DNA of 64,000 nt from positions 4,160,001 to 4,224,000 of the forward strand of contig OZ220733.1 in the NCBI GenBank assembly GCA_965116875.1, written 5' to 3'. Both the position numbers and the translations under genes were made by a program. The notes beneath the pieces are model-generated. The model was not told where the DNA came from. It saw nothing but the letters and a program-made list of their open reading frames with translations, and searched no databases. Source of the stretch: Candidatus Latescibacterota bacterium (lineage in GTDB: Bacteria; Latescibacterota; UBA2968; GCA-2709665). Shown piece by piece: positions 43,566 to 52,349 of this stretch (position 1 is the stretch's first letter; the number at the start of each line of letters is the position of its first letter).

Positions 43566-44678
43566 ATGCTGAAATCCGTCTCGGAATACGCCGCGTTGCT
43601 GGAGGGCTTGAACGAAGGCGTGATTGCGTTCGACCGGAATCGCAGCGTCCTGTTGGCCAACGGGGCATCGGTTCGACTGCTGGGACTGGCCGAACAGGAG
43701 GCGGTGGGGCGCGTAGCCAACGAGCTGTTTGCCGCAACCCCTGAACTTCTGGAGATTCTGGAGGCCGGGTTTCGTGGTCGCCTCTACCCGGAACCGAGGG
43801 ATCTGGTGTTGCAGCAGGGCGACGGCGGGGTGCGTCGACTGGGTGTAACCACTTCGTACCTGAAAGCCGAATTGAAACAGGGGCTGGTTCTGGTTGTACA
43901 GGACGTTTCCTCTCTGAAGCGGATGGCGTGGGAGACGTACCAGGTTGCCAAGATGAGCGCGCTCGGTCGCCTGGCCGCCTCCGTCGCGCATGAGGTCCGG
44001 AATCCACTGGGTGCGGTGGACATCCAGTTGCAGCTCCTGGAAGACGACCTCCGGGCAGTGGATGAGGGGATGCGGAGCCGCGTTTACCGCAGGCTGAAGA
44101 TCGCCCAGATGGAGATGAAACGGCTTGACCGGATCGTGCATAATTTCCTGAGGTTTTCCAGAACGCCAAGGCTGGATCTGCGACGGATCTGCCTGAATGA
44201 CGTGGTTCAGCATGTGTTCGATCTGGTCTCGCCGGAAGCCCGGGAACGGGGTATTCGGCTGCATCTGGATTCCGGTGAAGGTCTTCCTGCGGTGAGTGGA
44301 GACGAAAGCCAGTTGGGCCAGGCCGTCCTGAACATCACGGCAAACGCTTTCCAGGCCATGGAATCCGGCGGGCACCTGCGCGCGCGAACCTGCATGGATT
44401 CCGATGCCAACCGGGTATGCCTGTCGATTTCGGATACCGGCTGCGGCATTCCGGATGAGGAGATCGATCGAGTCTTCGAGTATTACTATACAACCCGCGA
44501 CGAAGGTACCGGACTGGGTCTCTCCATCGCCCAGCAGATTGTCCATCAGCATCGAGGTCACATCGAGGTGGAGAGCGAAACGGGGAAGGGTACCGTGTTC
44601 AGGATTCATATGCCAATTGCCGGGCAGACCGGTTCGTCTGCCTGCGGATCGGTACCGGTGGTGCCACCGGCGGAGTAA
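43566..44678 (+). CDS. Cytoplasmic PAS-domain sensor histidine kinase (NtrB/AtoS-like)
   Basis: PAS (EGVIAFD..LANGAS..LLG), H-box AHEVRNPL, N-box, DTGCGI, GTGLGL; no TM segments. Confidence 0.94.
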   Translation: MLKSVSEYAALLEGLNEGVIAFDRNRSVLLANGASVRLLGLAEQEAVGRVANELFAATPELLEILEAGFRGRLYPEPRDLVLQQGDGGVRRLGVTTSYLKAELKQGLVLVVQDVSSLKRMAWETYQVAKMSALGRLAASVAHEVRNPLGAVDIQLQLLEDDLRAVDEGMRSRVYRRLKIAQMEMKRLDRIVHNFLRFSRTPRLDLRRICLNDVVQHVFDLVSPEARERGIRLHLDSGEGLPAVSGDESQLGQAVLNITANAFQAMESGGHLRARTCMDSDANRVCLSISDTGCGIPDEEIDRVFEYYYTTRDEGTGLGLSIAQQIVHQHRGHIEVESETGKGTVFRIHMPIAGQTGSSACGSVPVVPPAE

Positions 44679-44679
44679 A

Positions 44680-46041
44680 ATGAAAGCGAGAGACATCAGG
44701 GTCTTCGTGGCCGACGACGAATACCACATCTGTGAGGGGCTCAAAGAGTCGTTGGCGAACGCCGGGTATTCGGTCGACGTCGCCTACGACGGCGAAGCGG
44801 CGGCCGGACGTTTGAAAGCGCGGGTTTACCACGCCGCGATACTCGATCTCAAGATGCCGGGAATCGACGGCATCACCCTGTTGAAGCGGCTGAAGAAAAC
44901 CAGCCCTGATACCGGCGTCATCATTATCACTGCTTTTGGAGAGGTCTCCACAGCTGTAGATGCCATGCGTCTTGGCGCGTATGACTACCTTGCGAAACCG
45001 GTGGACCTCAAGCGGCTTCATCTGTCCCTGCAACACCTCCTGGAACATCAGGCACTGGTTGCGGAAAACAAGGAACTCCGGGCGTGGCTGGGTTCGACGG
45101 AGGCCTTCGGTCAGATCGTGAACCGGAGCGCCGCCATGCAGCGGGTCTGCGACACGCTGGCGCAGGCGGCGATCACCGACGTTCCCGTACTGGTCATGGG
45201 CGATACGGGCACGGGCAAGGAGCTTGTCGCCAGGGCCGTCCACCAGCGCAGCAGCCGCAACAAGGGCCCGCTTGTAGCGGTCAATTGCGGAGCCGTCCCC
45301 GAGACTTTGTTCGAGCGAGAATTGTTCGGCCACGTAAGGGGTGCGTTTACAGGGGCTCACGCGGACAAGCCGGGACGTTTCGCAGCTGCCGGGGGCGGCA
45401 CGTTGTTCCTCGATGAAGTCGGCGAGATTCCACTGGCGAATCAGGTGGACCTCCTGCGGGTTCTGGAGGAAAAGGTGTATACACCCGTTGGCAGCAACGA
45501 ATCGAGAAAGGCAGACGTGCGAATCATCTTTGCCACGAACAGAAACCTGGATCTGGAGGTCAGGGAGGGTCGATTCCGCGAAGATCTCTTTTACAGGATC
45601 AACGTTGTACCCATTCGCCTGCCGCGCTTGAAAGATCGCAAGGACGATATTCCATTGCTTGTGGAGACGTTTATGGATGAACTCTGCACGGTTCATCAGA
45701 AATCCAGAAAACGATTCACACCGGACGCGATGCGGATGATACTGAATTACGCATGGCCGGGAAACGTCCGGGAACTGAAGAATACGGTGGAGCGGATCGT
45801 CGTGACCTGTACGGAAACCCGGGTCGGCCCCAAACGGCTGCCCTCGGCCATCCGCGCGACCGCCCCGGTCCGGAAGGATCTTGTTGTTCCGTTGAATTCC
45901 TCCATTGAGGAAACGGAACGCCTGCTTATCGAAAATACACTGGCCCACGTGACTTCCAACCGGAAGGAAGCAGCCCGAATCCTGGGTATCAGTGTGCGTG
46001 CGTTGCAATACAAGATCAAAAAATACAACCTGGTTTCCTGA
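44680..46041 (+). CDS. Sigma54-dependent response regulator (NtrC/AtoC family)
   Basis: Receiver (DD, DLKMPG, KP), GDTGTGKE, GAFTGA, LFLDE, WPGNVREL, Fis-type HTH. Confidence 0.97.
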   Translation: MKARDIRVFVADDEYHICEGLKESLANAGYSVDVAYDGEAAAGRLKARVYHAAILDLKMPGIDGITLLKRLKKTSPDTGVIIITAFGEVSTAVDAMRLGAYDYLAKPVDLKRLHLSLQHLLEHQALVAENKELRAWLGSTEAFGQIVNRSAAMQRVCDTLAQAAITDVPVLVMGDTGTGKELVARAVHQRSSRNKGPLVAVNCGAVPETLFERELFGHVRGAFTGAHADKPGRFAAAGGGTLFLDEVGEIPLANQVDLLRVLEEKVYTPVGSNESRKADVRIIFATNRNLDLEVREGRFREDLFYRINVVPIRLPRLKDRKDDIPLLVETFMDELCTVHQKSRKRFTPDAMRMILNYAWPGNVRELKNTVERIVVTCTETRVGPKRLPSAIRATAPVRKDLVVPLNSSIEETERLLIENTLAHVTSNRKEAARILGISVRALQYKIKKYNLVS

Positions 46042-46086
46042 GTATCGGCAGAATTGGCGGTTTCGGAGCCCCGAGCGGCCCCGGAC

Positions 46087-46132
46087 TGCAATTTTTGCGC
46101 AATTTGCGAGCACTCGAGTGCAAATATTGCGC
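46087..46132 (+). promoter_or_regulatory. Putative enhancer (UAS) pair for the sigma54 activator
   Basis: TGCAATTTTTGCGC (46087) and TGCAAATATTGCGC (46119), 32 bp apart, ~100-140 bp upstream of the -24 element. Confidence 0.6.
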
Positions 46133-46229
46133 CAACCGGTACGCGGGGATGGAAATGGTACGCCCGGCGACCGGAATCGTCGGGCGTAAGTTTATTTAAA
46201 ATAAGCACATGTACATAAACTGCAAAAAC

Positions 46230-46245
46230 TGGCATTAAAGTTGCT
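46230..46245 (+). promoter_or_regulatory. Sigma54 (-24/-12) promoter
   Basis: TGGCATTAAAGTTGCT with exact GG-N10-GC spacing; AT-rich tract at 46187-46210. Confidence 0.85.
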
Positions 46246-46465
46246 TATAAATAGAGTGACGATTTCATCGGATTCGCTGATACGCATGAAAATCGTCGTA
46301 TGGCGTCAACTTTCAGCGTTATCCAGCTACAGGACGTCATCCGGCAACGAGCGTTCAACGCGGGTATGCTGCAATAATTGCATTTTGATCGCTGACTGTT
46401 TCGGGGAAATCGCAACATCCGGTCCCGGATGCACGTCCGGCTTGTACTGAATCCCGGTTACCAAA

Positions 46466-47014
46466 ATGGCTTTGTCAAAGTTCCACTACAGCAGTGAATG
46501 GGAAACGGACCTGAGCGGTGTGGTCGGCTTTCACCCGGCGACGATGGTCCGGGACCTCGAACCGCGGGATCGGATGGGCGCAATCAAGACGCTCGTAAAC
46601 CGTTTGCACGGCTCTGGTTACGTGGCGGACAGCCTGCGTTTTCTGCAATCGGTTCTGGACAGGGAGGACCTCGAAAGTACCGCGGTCGGAAACGGGATTG
46701 CGTTTCCCCACGCGCGTTGTGGTTCTGCCAGGCATCTCGGTATGGCGTTGGGCATTTCAAATCACGGTGTGGACTTTCACTCGGATACGCATCCTGAGCC
46801 GGTTCGGCTCATTTGCCTCGTGGCCGTGCCCTCCGAGGGCGATATAAGATACCTGCCGCTTCTCGGGTATCTGTGCCGGCTTTTTCACGAGGATTTTACC
46901 GGAACTTTTCTCAGGTCCCGTTCTGCAGAGGAGATGAACCGACTGTTGCTGCGGCAGATGCGCCTGCACGGGGCTCTGCCGGAGGCGTGCATGGAGCACG
47001 TCCCGGCGACTTAA
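46466..47014 (+). CDS. PTS EIIA (Ntr/fructose-type) domain protein
   Basis: VLDREDLESTAVGNGIAFPHAR with phospho-His; GVDF...PVRLI. Confidence 0.9.
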   Translation: MALSKFHYSSEWETDLSGVVGFHPATMVRDLEPRDRMGAIKTLVNRLHGSGYVADSLRFLQSVLDREDLESTAVGNGIAFPHARCGSARHLGMALGISNHGVDFHSDTHPEPVRLICLVAVPSEGDIRYLPLLGYLCRLFHEDFTGTFLRSRSAEEMNRLLLRQMRLHGALPEACMEHVPAT

Positions 47015-47053
47015 ACGCGCGAATCGCAAACTGATTTTCCGGAGGTTGGAAAC

Positions 47054-47905
47054 GTGGCTGGAATCATGATTCAGGACAGCGAGTCTCTCGATCTCTATCT
47101 GAGGGACATCGCTTCTTCGGAACCGCTTACCGCAGAGACCGAGATCGCACTCGCGCACCGGATACGAAAGGGAGACCAGAAGGCCAGAGACAGGCTGGTT
47201 GCTTCGAATCTCCGATTCGTCGTCAGCGTTGCCAGGGAATACCAGAACCATGGGGTGCCATTGGCCGATCTCATCAGTGCTGGAAACATGGGTCTGATGA
47301 CGGCCGCCGAACGATTTGACGGTACGCGGGGGTTCAAGTTCATTTCCTACGCGGTGTGGTGGATCCGCCAGGCGATTCATCAGAGTCTGGCGCAGGATTC
47401 CCGCGTGGTGAGGCTGCCCATCAACCGCATCGATCTGTTGCACAACATCGCCAAGGTTTCGCGGGAGATTCGACAGACGGAGGAGGCCGATCCGGATCCG
47501 GAGACGATTGCGGAAAAACTCGGCGTTTCCGTGGACATGGTACAGGATACGCTTCTCAGGGCGCGCGATGTCTGGTCGCTCGATGCGTCTTTTAAAGACG
47601 ACGATGACCACAGCCTGCTGCATATCCTGCCGGATAGTTCACAAAAGGCGCCGGACCTCGAAGTCGTCGACGAGTCGGTCAAGGACCAGGTGAAGATGGT
47701 CCTTGAAACGCTCGACGCGCGGGAGGCGGAAGTGCTGCGGCTCTATTTCGGGCTGGGCGACGAGGAAGCGATGACGCTGGAAGAAATCGGCACCCGGTTC
47801 AGCCTTACACGGGAACGGGTCCGGCAGATCAAGGAAAAAGCCCTCCGGCGACTGCGGCATCCGCGCCGGCGGCTGCAACTCGAGCCGCTGATGGAGTCGG
47901 CGTAA
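47054..47905 (+). CDS. RNA polymerase sigma70 factor, RpoD/RpoS-like, lacking region 1.1 (283 aa)
   Basis: LDLYLRDI, NLRFVVSVA, DLISAGNMGL, FKFISYAVWWIRQ, TLEEIG..LTRERVRQI; SD GGAGG. Confidence 0.95.
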   Translation: MAGIMIQDSESLDLYLRDIASSEPLTAETEIALAHRIRKGDQKARDRLVASNLRFVVSVAREYQNHGVPLADLISAGNMGLMTAAERFDGTRGFKFISYAVWWIRQAIHQSLAQDSRVVRLPINRIDLLHNIAKVSREIRQTEEADPDPETIAEKLGVSVDMVQDTLLRARDVWSLDASFKDDDDHSLLHILPDSSQKAPDLEVVDESVKDQVKMVLETLDAREAEVLRLYFGLGDEEAMTLEEIGTRFSLTRERVRQIKEKALRRLRHPRRRLQLEPLMESA

Positions 47906-47988
47906 ATGACTTGCCGGCCGTTTGCCCGGACCGAAGGGTTTCCTTGACCGGGCGCGGAAGCGTGCAGATACCAACAGCGAAATCCACG

Positions 47989-48023
47989 GGGCGGGGATGA
48001 AATGTGATCTCCGCCCGTTTTTT
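47989..48023 (+). terminator. Intrinsic terminator after sigma gene
   Basis: GGGCGGGGAT/ATCTCCGCCC stem followed by GTTTTTT. Confidence 0.7.
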
Positions 48024-48041
48024 GCGCGTGGGTCCGGGTTT

Positions 48042-48082
48042 GGCCGGCCGTAGCCCGGATGGGCTTGTTCAACGGGCTGCCG
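48042..48082 (-). repeat. MITE-like family 1, left-end remnant
   Basis: Reverse complement reads CAGCCCGTTGAACAAGCCCATCCGGGCTACGGCCGGCC, matching the start of the 32449 copy. Confidence 0.75.
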
Positions 48083-48147
48083 GGAGGCAATCTGAAGGAT
48101 AATTCGACGTGAGAACCGTCTTTTTGCGTCATTCTGGATCGGCGCAC

Positions 48148-48177
48148 TTGACAAATTCCCACAATCGGCCCTATATT
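48148..48177 (+). promoter_or_regulatory. hup promoter
   Basis: TTGACA-N18-TATATT. Confidence 0.6.
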
Positions 48178-48209
48178 CAGGGCAAACTCCAGAAAGGGGG
48201 TGAATTGCC

Positions 48210-48485
48210 ATGTCGAACAGGGCCGATTTAGTCGATGCTATCTCAAATCAGGCCGGTCTGTCAAAAAGGAATGCCGAAGGCGCACTGCGGGTCGTTCTGA
48301 ACGAAATCGCCGATTCGCTCAAAAGCGGTGATCGCGTCGCCATTTCCGGGTTCGGGACGTTTTCGGTTGGAACCCGAGCCGCGCGTACCGGTCGAAATCC
48401 TCAGACGGGCGAGACAATTCAGATTTCCGCGGGTAAAACCGTTCGTTTCAAAGCCGGCAAGGCGCTTAAAGACGCTGTCAATTAG
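48210..48485 (+). CDS. hup: DNA-binding protein HU
   Basis: GFGTFSV..RAARTGRNPQTGETIQI..VRFKAGKALK. Confidence 0.96.
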   Translation: MSNRADLVDAISNQAGLSKRNAEGALRVVLNEIADSLKSGDRVAISGFGTFSVGTRAARTGRNPQTGETIQISAGKTVRFKAGKALKDAVN

Positions 48486-48649
48486 CAGTCCGTTGATAAA
48501 GTCGCTCTGCAGGCGAGGCCGAGCCAATGTGGTCGAAGACAAGGCGCGCGACCGAGTCCCATCCTTCGATTCGGCGAGGAAGCGCAACGCAGTATTTCGA
48601 CCGCAAGGGCCGGCCGCAGCCCGGATGGACTTTTTCAACGGGCTGTTCG
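48482..48649 (-). mobile_element. MITE-like family 1, intact copy (168 bp)
   Basis: TIRs TTAGCAGTCCGTTGATAAAGTC / GACTTTTTCAACGGGCTGTTCG; overlaps hup TAG; internal hairpin. Confidence 0.88.
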
Positions 48650-48712
48650 CCGGCATATCGCCAATTCCGCATCCAGAGCCTCGAGAGCAACACACGATCG
48701 GGGCTTTTTTTC

Positions 48713-48741
48713 TTGACAGCGGGAATTTCGGGAAATATACT
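48713..48741 (+). promoter_or_regulatory. Promoter of lipoprotein gene
   Basis: TTGACA-N17-TATACT. Confidence 0.7.
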
Positions 48742-48815
48742 GTTTCGCGCGTCGCAGTGTGGCATCACCAGCGACGACGTGGGGACGGGCGCTGTGGTCC
48801 TTGATGGAGACTTGA

Positions 48816-49334
48816 ATGAATCGCCGATTGACGTTCGCGGTATTTGCGGTGTGTGCGGGGGTCGCACTTGGCTGTAGCGACCGCCTGGCGCACATGCAGG
48901 AGCAGCTTGCGGGCAAGTGGGAACTGGAGTCACGAACCCTGCCCGACGGAACGGTGCTTCGAAAACCCGAGGTTTCGGGCGTGTTCTCGTGGCAGCCGAT
49001 CGATTCAAGAAAAGCCCACGTGACGCTGAATATGCTGGTGGACAAGGGTGGCGAAGAGCCCAGGACGTTCGATTTTGCCGCAAGCAAATACGAGATCTCG
49101 ACCTCCGCCATTACGCGTTCAAGGTATCTGCTCATCCGTCAGGGATACCGCTCGTCATTCGACGCGCCAATTACAGTCTACCATAAGGCCAAGGTCGAAA
49201 AGGGTAAGATTACGCTGGAAGACGGGCTGATTCGCATTACACACGAGCGGGGGTACAGCGAGGAGTTCCGCGGCGATCAGATGGTCGCGTCTTTCCCCGA
49301 CGTTTTCGTGGACAGATGGAAGCGGGTGCAGTAA
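48816..49334 (+). CDS. Putative lipoprotein, lipocalin-like beta-barrel
   Basis: Signal peptide with lipobox ALGC; LAGKWEL N-terminal strand and W.R C-terminal strand. Confidence 0.65.
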   Translation: MNRRLTFAVFAVCAGVALGCSDRLAHMQEQLAGKWELESRTLPDGTVLRKPEVSGVFSWQPIDSRKAHVTLNMLVDKGGEEPRTFDFAASKYEISTSAITRSRYLLIRQGYRSSFDAPITVYHKAKVEKGKITLEDGLIRITHERGYSEEFRGDQMVASFPDVFVDRWKRVQ

Positions 49335-49770
49335 CGCGCGGGCGGCGACGGCTGCACGGACCGTTCTTCACGGCCAGGTGGTGCTCCGGTTCATTGTCAT
49401 TCGGTTTTCCGGACGCATTCGGCGCAGTCGCGTCGCCATCCCGCAGCGAACTGTCCGGAAATCCTGAAAGGGGAGCAGGCTTCCCATAAAACCAACGTTT
49501 TCCAACTCGCAGGCCGACTTCGACACAAAAAGGGCCGGACTAGTCTCCGAGCCTTTTTTTTGTTCTCAGCCTCAATTCCGCAAGAGCCGCAACGCGGCGC
49601 CGCGACGAACTTGTGGAAGTTGGATGACTTTCCTTCCCTTCGAATCATGTGATTTCGGTTCGGCCGGCCGGTTTCCGGGTATTCCGTCGCAGTATTGACT
49701 GGCGTGAACCGGACGGAAGGCGAGCCGCGGCGAACAATTCGACATGGACGGAGCAGCAAGGAGACAGCGT

Positions 49771-51192
49771 ATGGCCAGGTATTTTGAGCCGCTGGAAGAC
49801 TTCGAAATCAGGAAGATGCCGGAGCGGAAGGCGTCCTTCTGGAAACTGGCCGGCCCCGGCGCGGTTCTGGTGGGGCTTTCCATCGGTGCGGGCGAGATCG
49901 TTATCTGGCCGCGTATCGTAGCGGAATACGGAGCCAGTATGGTGTGGGCGGCCTGCGTCGGCATCTTTCTACAGCTATGGATCAACTTCGAAGTGGGACG
50001 GTGGACGATTGCAACCGGTGAAACGGTATATACGGGGTACAGCCGGGTGTGGCGCGGGTTTGCTCCCGTGTTTATCCTGTTGACGATATTCAGCTGGATT
50101 GCGCCTGGGTGGGGGCGGGCATCCGGGCTGGCCTTGAAGGCGCTGCTGGCCGGGCCGCATGGCTGGGGTTCGGATACGTTCTGGACGATCATCACCTTCG
50201 CGGGCGTGGCGATGATTCTCTTCGGTCCGAAGTTGATATACCAGTCCGTCGAGCGGAGTATCGAATTGCTCGTTGTGGTGGTAACCGCAGGCCTGATCGC
50301 GGTCGCGTACGCCGTAGGCTCGGCGGAGACCTGGGCATCGCTGGGGAGCGGGATTGCCAATATCGGTTACATCGATCCGGGCATGAGTGTCAAGGCCATG
50401 TTCATCGCGCTTGTATTTGCCGGCGCCGGAGGTACGGCCAATCTCTTCTACACGTTCTACCTCCGCGACAAGCACGCCGGTATGGGCGCGCATCTGCCCC
50501 AGATGCGGAATCCGCTTCGAGGTCGGACCGAGGCGATGCCCTCTACGGGATTCCGGTTTGAGGAGACGGAAGAGAACATCGGTCGTTTCAGGAGCTGGTT
50601 CAATTACGTAAAGAAAGATCAGATGCTGTTTTTCTGGGCATTGAATTCCGTAACCATTCTGCTTTTCATCTTCGGTGCGCTTGCGGTGTTGCATCCCGCT
50701 GGAATCGTACCTGCCAGGGGCACGCTGATCTGGGACGAAGCGGCAGTCCTGGCAACGGTCTGGGGCGAGACGGGCAGGTATGTCTTTCTGATTGTGGGCC
50801 TGGCCACGCTGTTCAGTACGCAGCTTGCTCTGGTTGACGGGGTGTCGCGATCCATCGCCGATATCATCTACACCAACTTCAAAGCGGCGCGAAAACGGGA
50901 TCTGAGCTGGTGGTATCTTGTCGTTGCGGCTACATGGATTGTCGCCGGGTGCGGTATCACCTATGTGATGGAAGCCCGTGGTGTGAGTGAATTGGGATTC
51001 CTGTTCAACGCGGCGTATATCGGCGGGTTTGCGATGGCGCTGTATACCCCCCTGACGCTGTATATCAATCATCGTCATCTGCCTGCGCCCGCCCGCCCGG
51101 GATGGCTATGCACCGGAATGATGTCGGTTGCATCGGTCGTATATATCGCATTTGCCGTGGCGTGTGTGATCTGGGAGTTGGGGCGGGTGTGA
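49771..51192 (+). CDS. Nramp-related (APC superfamily) membrane transporter
   Basis: GPGAVLVGLSIGAGE, ~11 hydrophobic segments, TGET, LFSTQL. Confidence 0.82.
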   Translation: MARYFEPLEDFEIRKMPERKASFWKLAGPGAVLVGLSIGAGEIVIWPRIVAEYGASMVWAACVGIFLQLWINFEVGRWTIATGETVYTGYSRVWRGFAPVFILLTIFSWIAPGWGRASGLALKALLAGPHGWGSDTFWTIITFAGVAMILFGPKLIYQSVERSIELLVVVVTAGLIAVAYAVGSAETWASLGSGIANIGYIDPGMSVKAMFIALVFAGAGGTANLFYTFYLRDKHAGMGAHLPQMRNPLRGRTEAMPSTGFRFEETEENIGRFRSWFNYVKKDQMLFFWALNSVTILLFIFGALAVLHPAGIVPARGTLIWDEAAVLATVWGETGRYVFLIVGLATLFSTQLALVDGVSRSIADIIYTNFKAARKRDLSWWYLVVAATWIVAGCGITYVMEARGVSELGFLFNAAYIGGFAMALYTPLTLYINHRHLPAPARPGWLCTGMMSVASVVYIAFAVACVIWELGRV

Positions 51193-51216
51193 TTGACCTC
51201 GCTTGAGAAGGCTTAA

Positions 51217-52302
51217 ATGATGTCCTCTGACGGCAAGGTCTTCCGCGTGGCGCTGACCGCCGATTTTTACGATTCGGAGGGGACGTGCAAGTTCCAGGAT
51301 ATGGGCCTGGCGTTGTTTGACGGCCATGCCCATATTCGAACGTCGGTATTCGAGGCGCATCGCCCGGAGATCGCCTCTGAGCAGGTGGCGGACGTACAGG
51401 GCGTGGTCGTACTGACGCCCTCGGTGACTGCCGAGACCGTCTCGGCATCGGAGGACCTGCTGGCCATCGGGCGCTTTGGCGTGGGGTACGACTCGGTTGA
51501 CGTCGGCGCCTGTACTGCGGCCGACGTCGTCGTATTCATCACGGCCGGCGCCGTCGACCGTTCCGTTGCCGAGGCGACGGTGGGCTGGATGATTGCGCTG
51601 ACGCACCATATGCGCGTCAAAGACCGCCTGGTGCGTACCGGGACGTGGGATGCACGGACCCGATTCATGGGCAGCGAGTTGAGAGACCGTACGTTCGGGG
51701 CGGTGGGGCTGGGCGGAATCGCGCGGGAGACGGTCCGGCTGCTGGGTACGTTCGGGATGAATCCGCCCCTTGCATTCGACCCGTACGTCGATCCCGCGGA
51801 AGCCCGTAAGCTGGGCGTGGCCCTGGCGCCGCTTCAGGAGTTGATGGCGGCGTCGGATTTTGTTTCCATCCACTGTCCGCTGACCCCGGAAACGGAGGGA
51901 CTGATCGGCAGGCGCGAACTGTCCGCGATGAAACGGGGCGCCTATCTGATCAACACGGCCAGGGGCGGCATCGTGGATGAGGATGCACTGTTCGACGCCC
52001 TGGAAGCCGGCGCCATAGCCGGCGCGGCGCTGGATTGTTTCGAGTTGGAACCCGTCGTGGAACCGCAACGGTTCGGCAGGTTCGACAACGTTCTGCTTGC
52101 GCCGCATTCGGTGGCCTGGACGGATGAATTGTTCCGTGACATCGGACGGGCGGCCTGCGGAGGTATGCTGGACCTGTCGCTCGGGACGCGCCCACGGGGT
52201 GTGGTAAATCCGGGAGTATTCCAGCGCCGTGGATTTCAGGAGAAGTGGTCGCGGCTTCAATGCGGGCAAAGCGGCGGCGGGTCAGGCGACCGCACGGCTT
52301 GA
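51217..52302 (+). CDS. D-isomer-specific 2-hydroxyacid dehydrogenase
   Basis: RFGVGYD, GLGGIA, HCPLT, INTARG, LAPH. Confidence 0.92.
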   Translation: MMSSDGKVFRVALTADFYDSEGTCKFQDMGLALFDGHAHIRTSVFEAHRPEIASEQVADVQGVVVLTPSVTAETVSASEDLLAIGRFGVGYDSVDVGACTAADVVVFITAGAVDRSVAEATVGWMIALTHHMRVKDRLVRTGTWDARTRFMGSELRDRTFGAVGLGGIARETVRLLGTFGMNPPLAFDPYVDPAEARKLGVALAPLQELMAASDFVSIHCPLTPETEGLIGRRELSAMKRGAYLINTARGGIVDEDALFDALEAGAIAGAALDCFELEPVVEPQRFGRFDNVLLAPHSVAWTDELFRDIGRAACGGMLDLSLGTRPRGVVNPGVFQRRGFQEKWSRLQCGQSGGGSGDRTA

Positions 52303-52349
52303 AGCGGGTCGATCAAGCCGAAAGCACAGACCGGAAAAGGGGGTGGCCA

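Noticed and set aside
44599-46113. 504-aa antisense ORF (similar ones at 14790-16256, 27337-28644, 37460-38707, 43533-44744, 52257-53558)
   Set aside because: Shadow ORFs opposite well-supported genes, expected with high-GC codon bias; no motifs
47054-47905. Calling the sigma factor rpoD or rpoS
   Set aside because: Region-1.1-less sigmas of this type can be primary or paralogous in FCB bacteria; cannot be decided from this window
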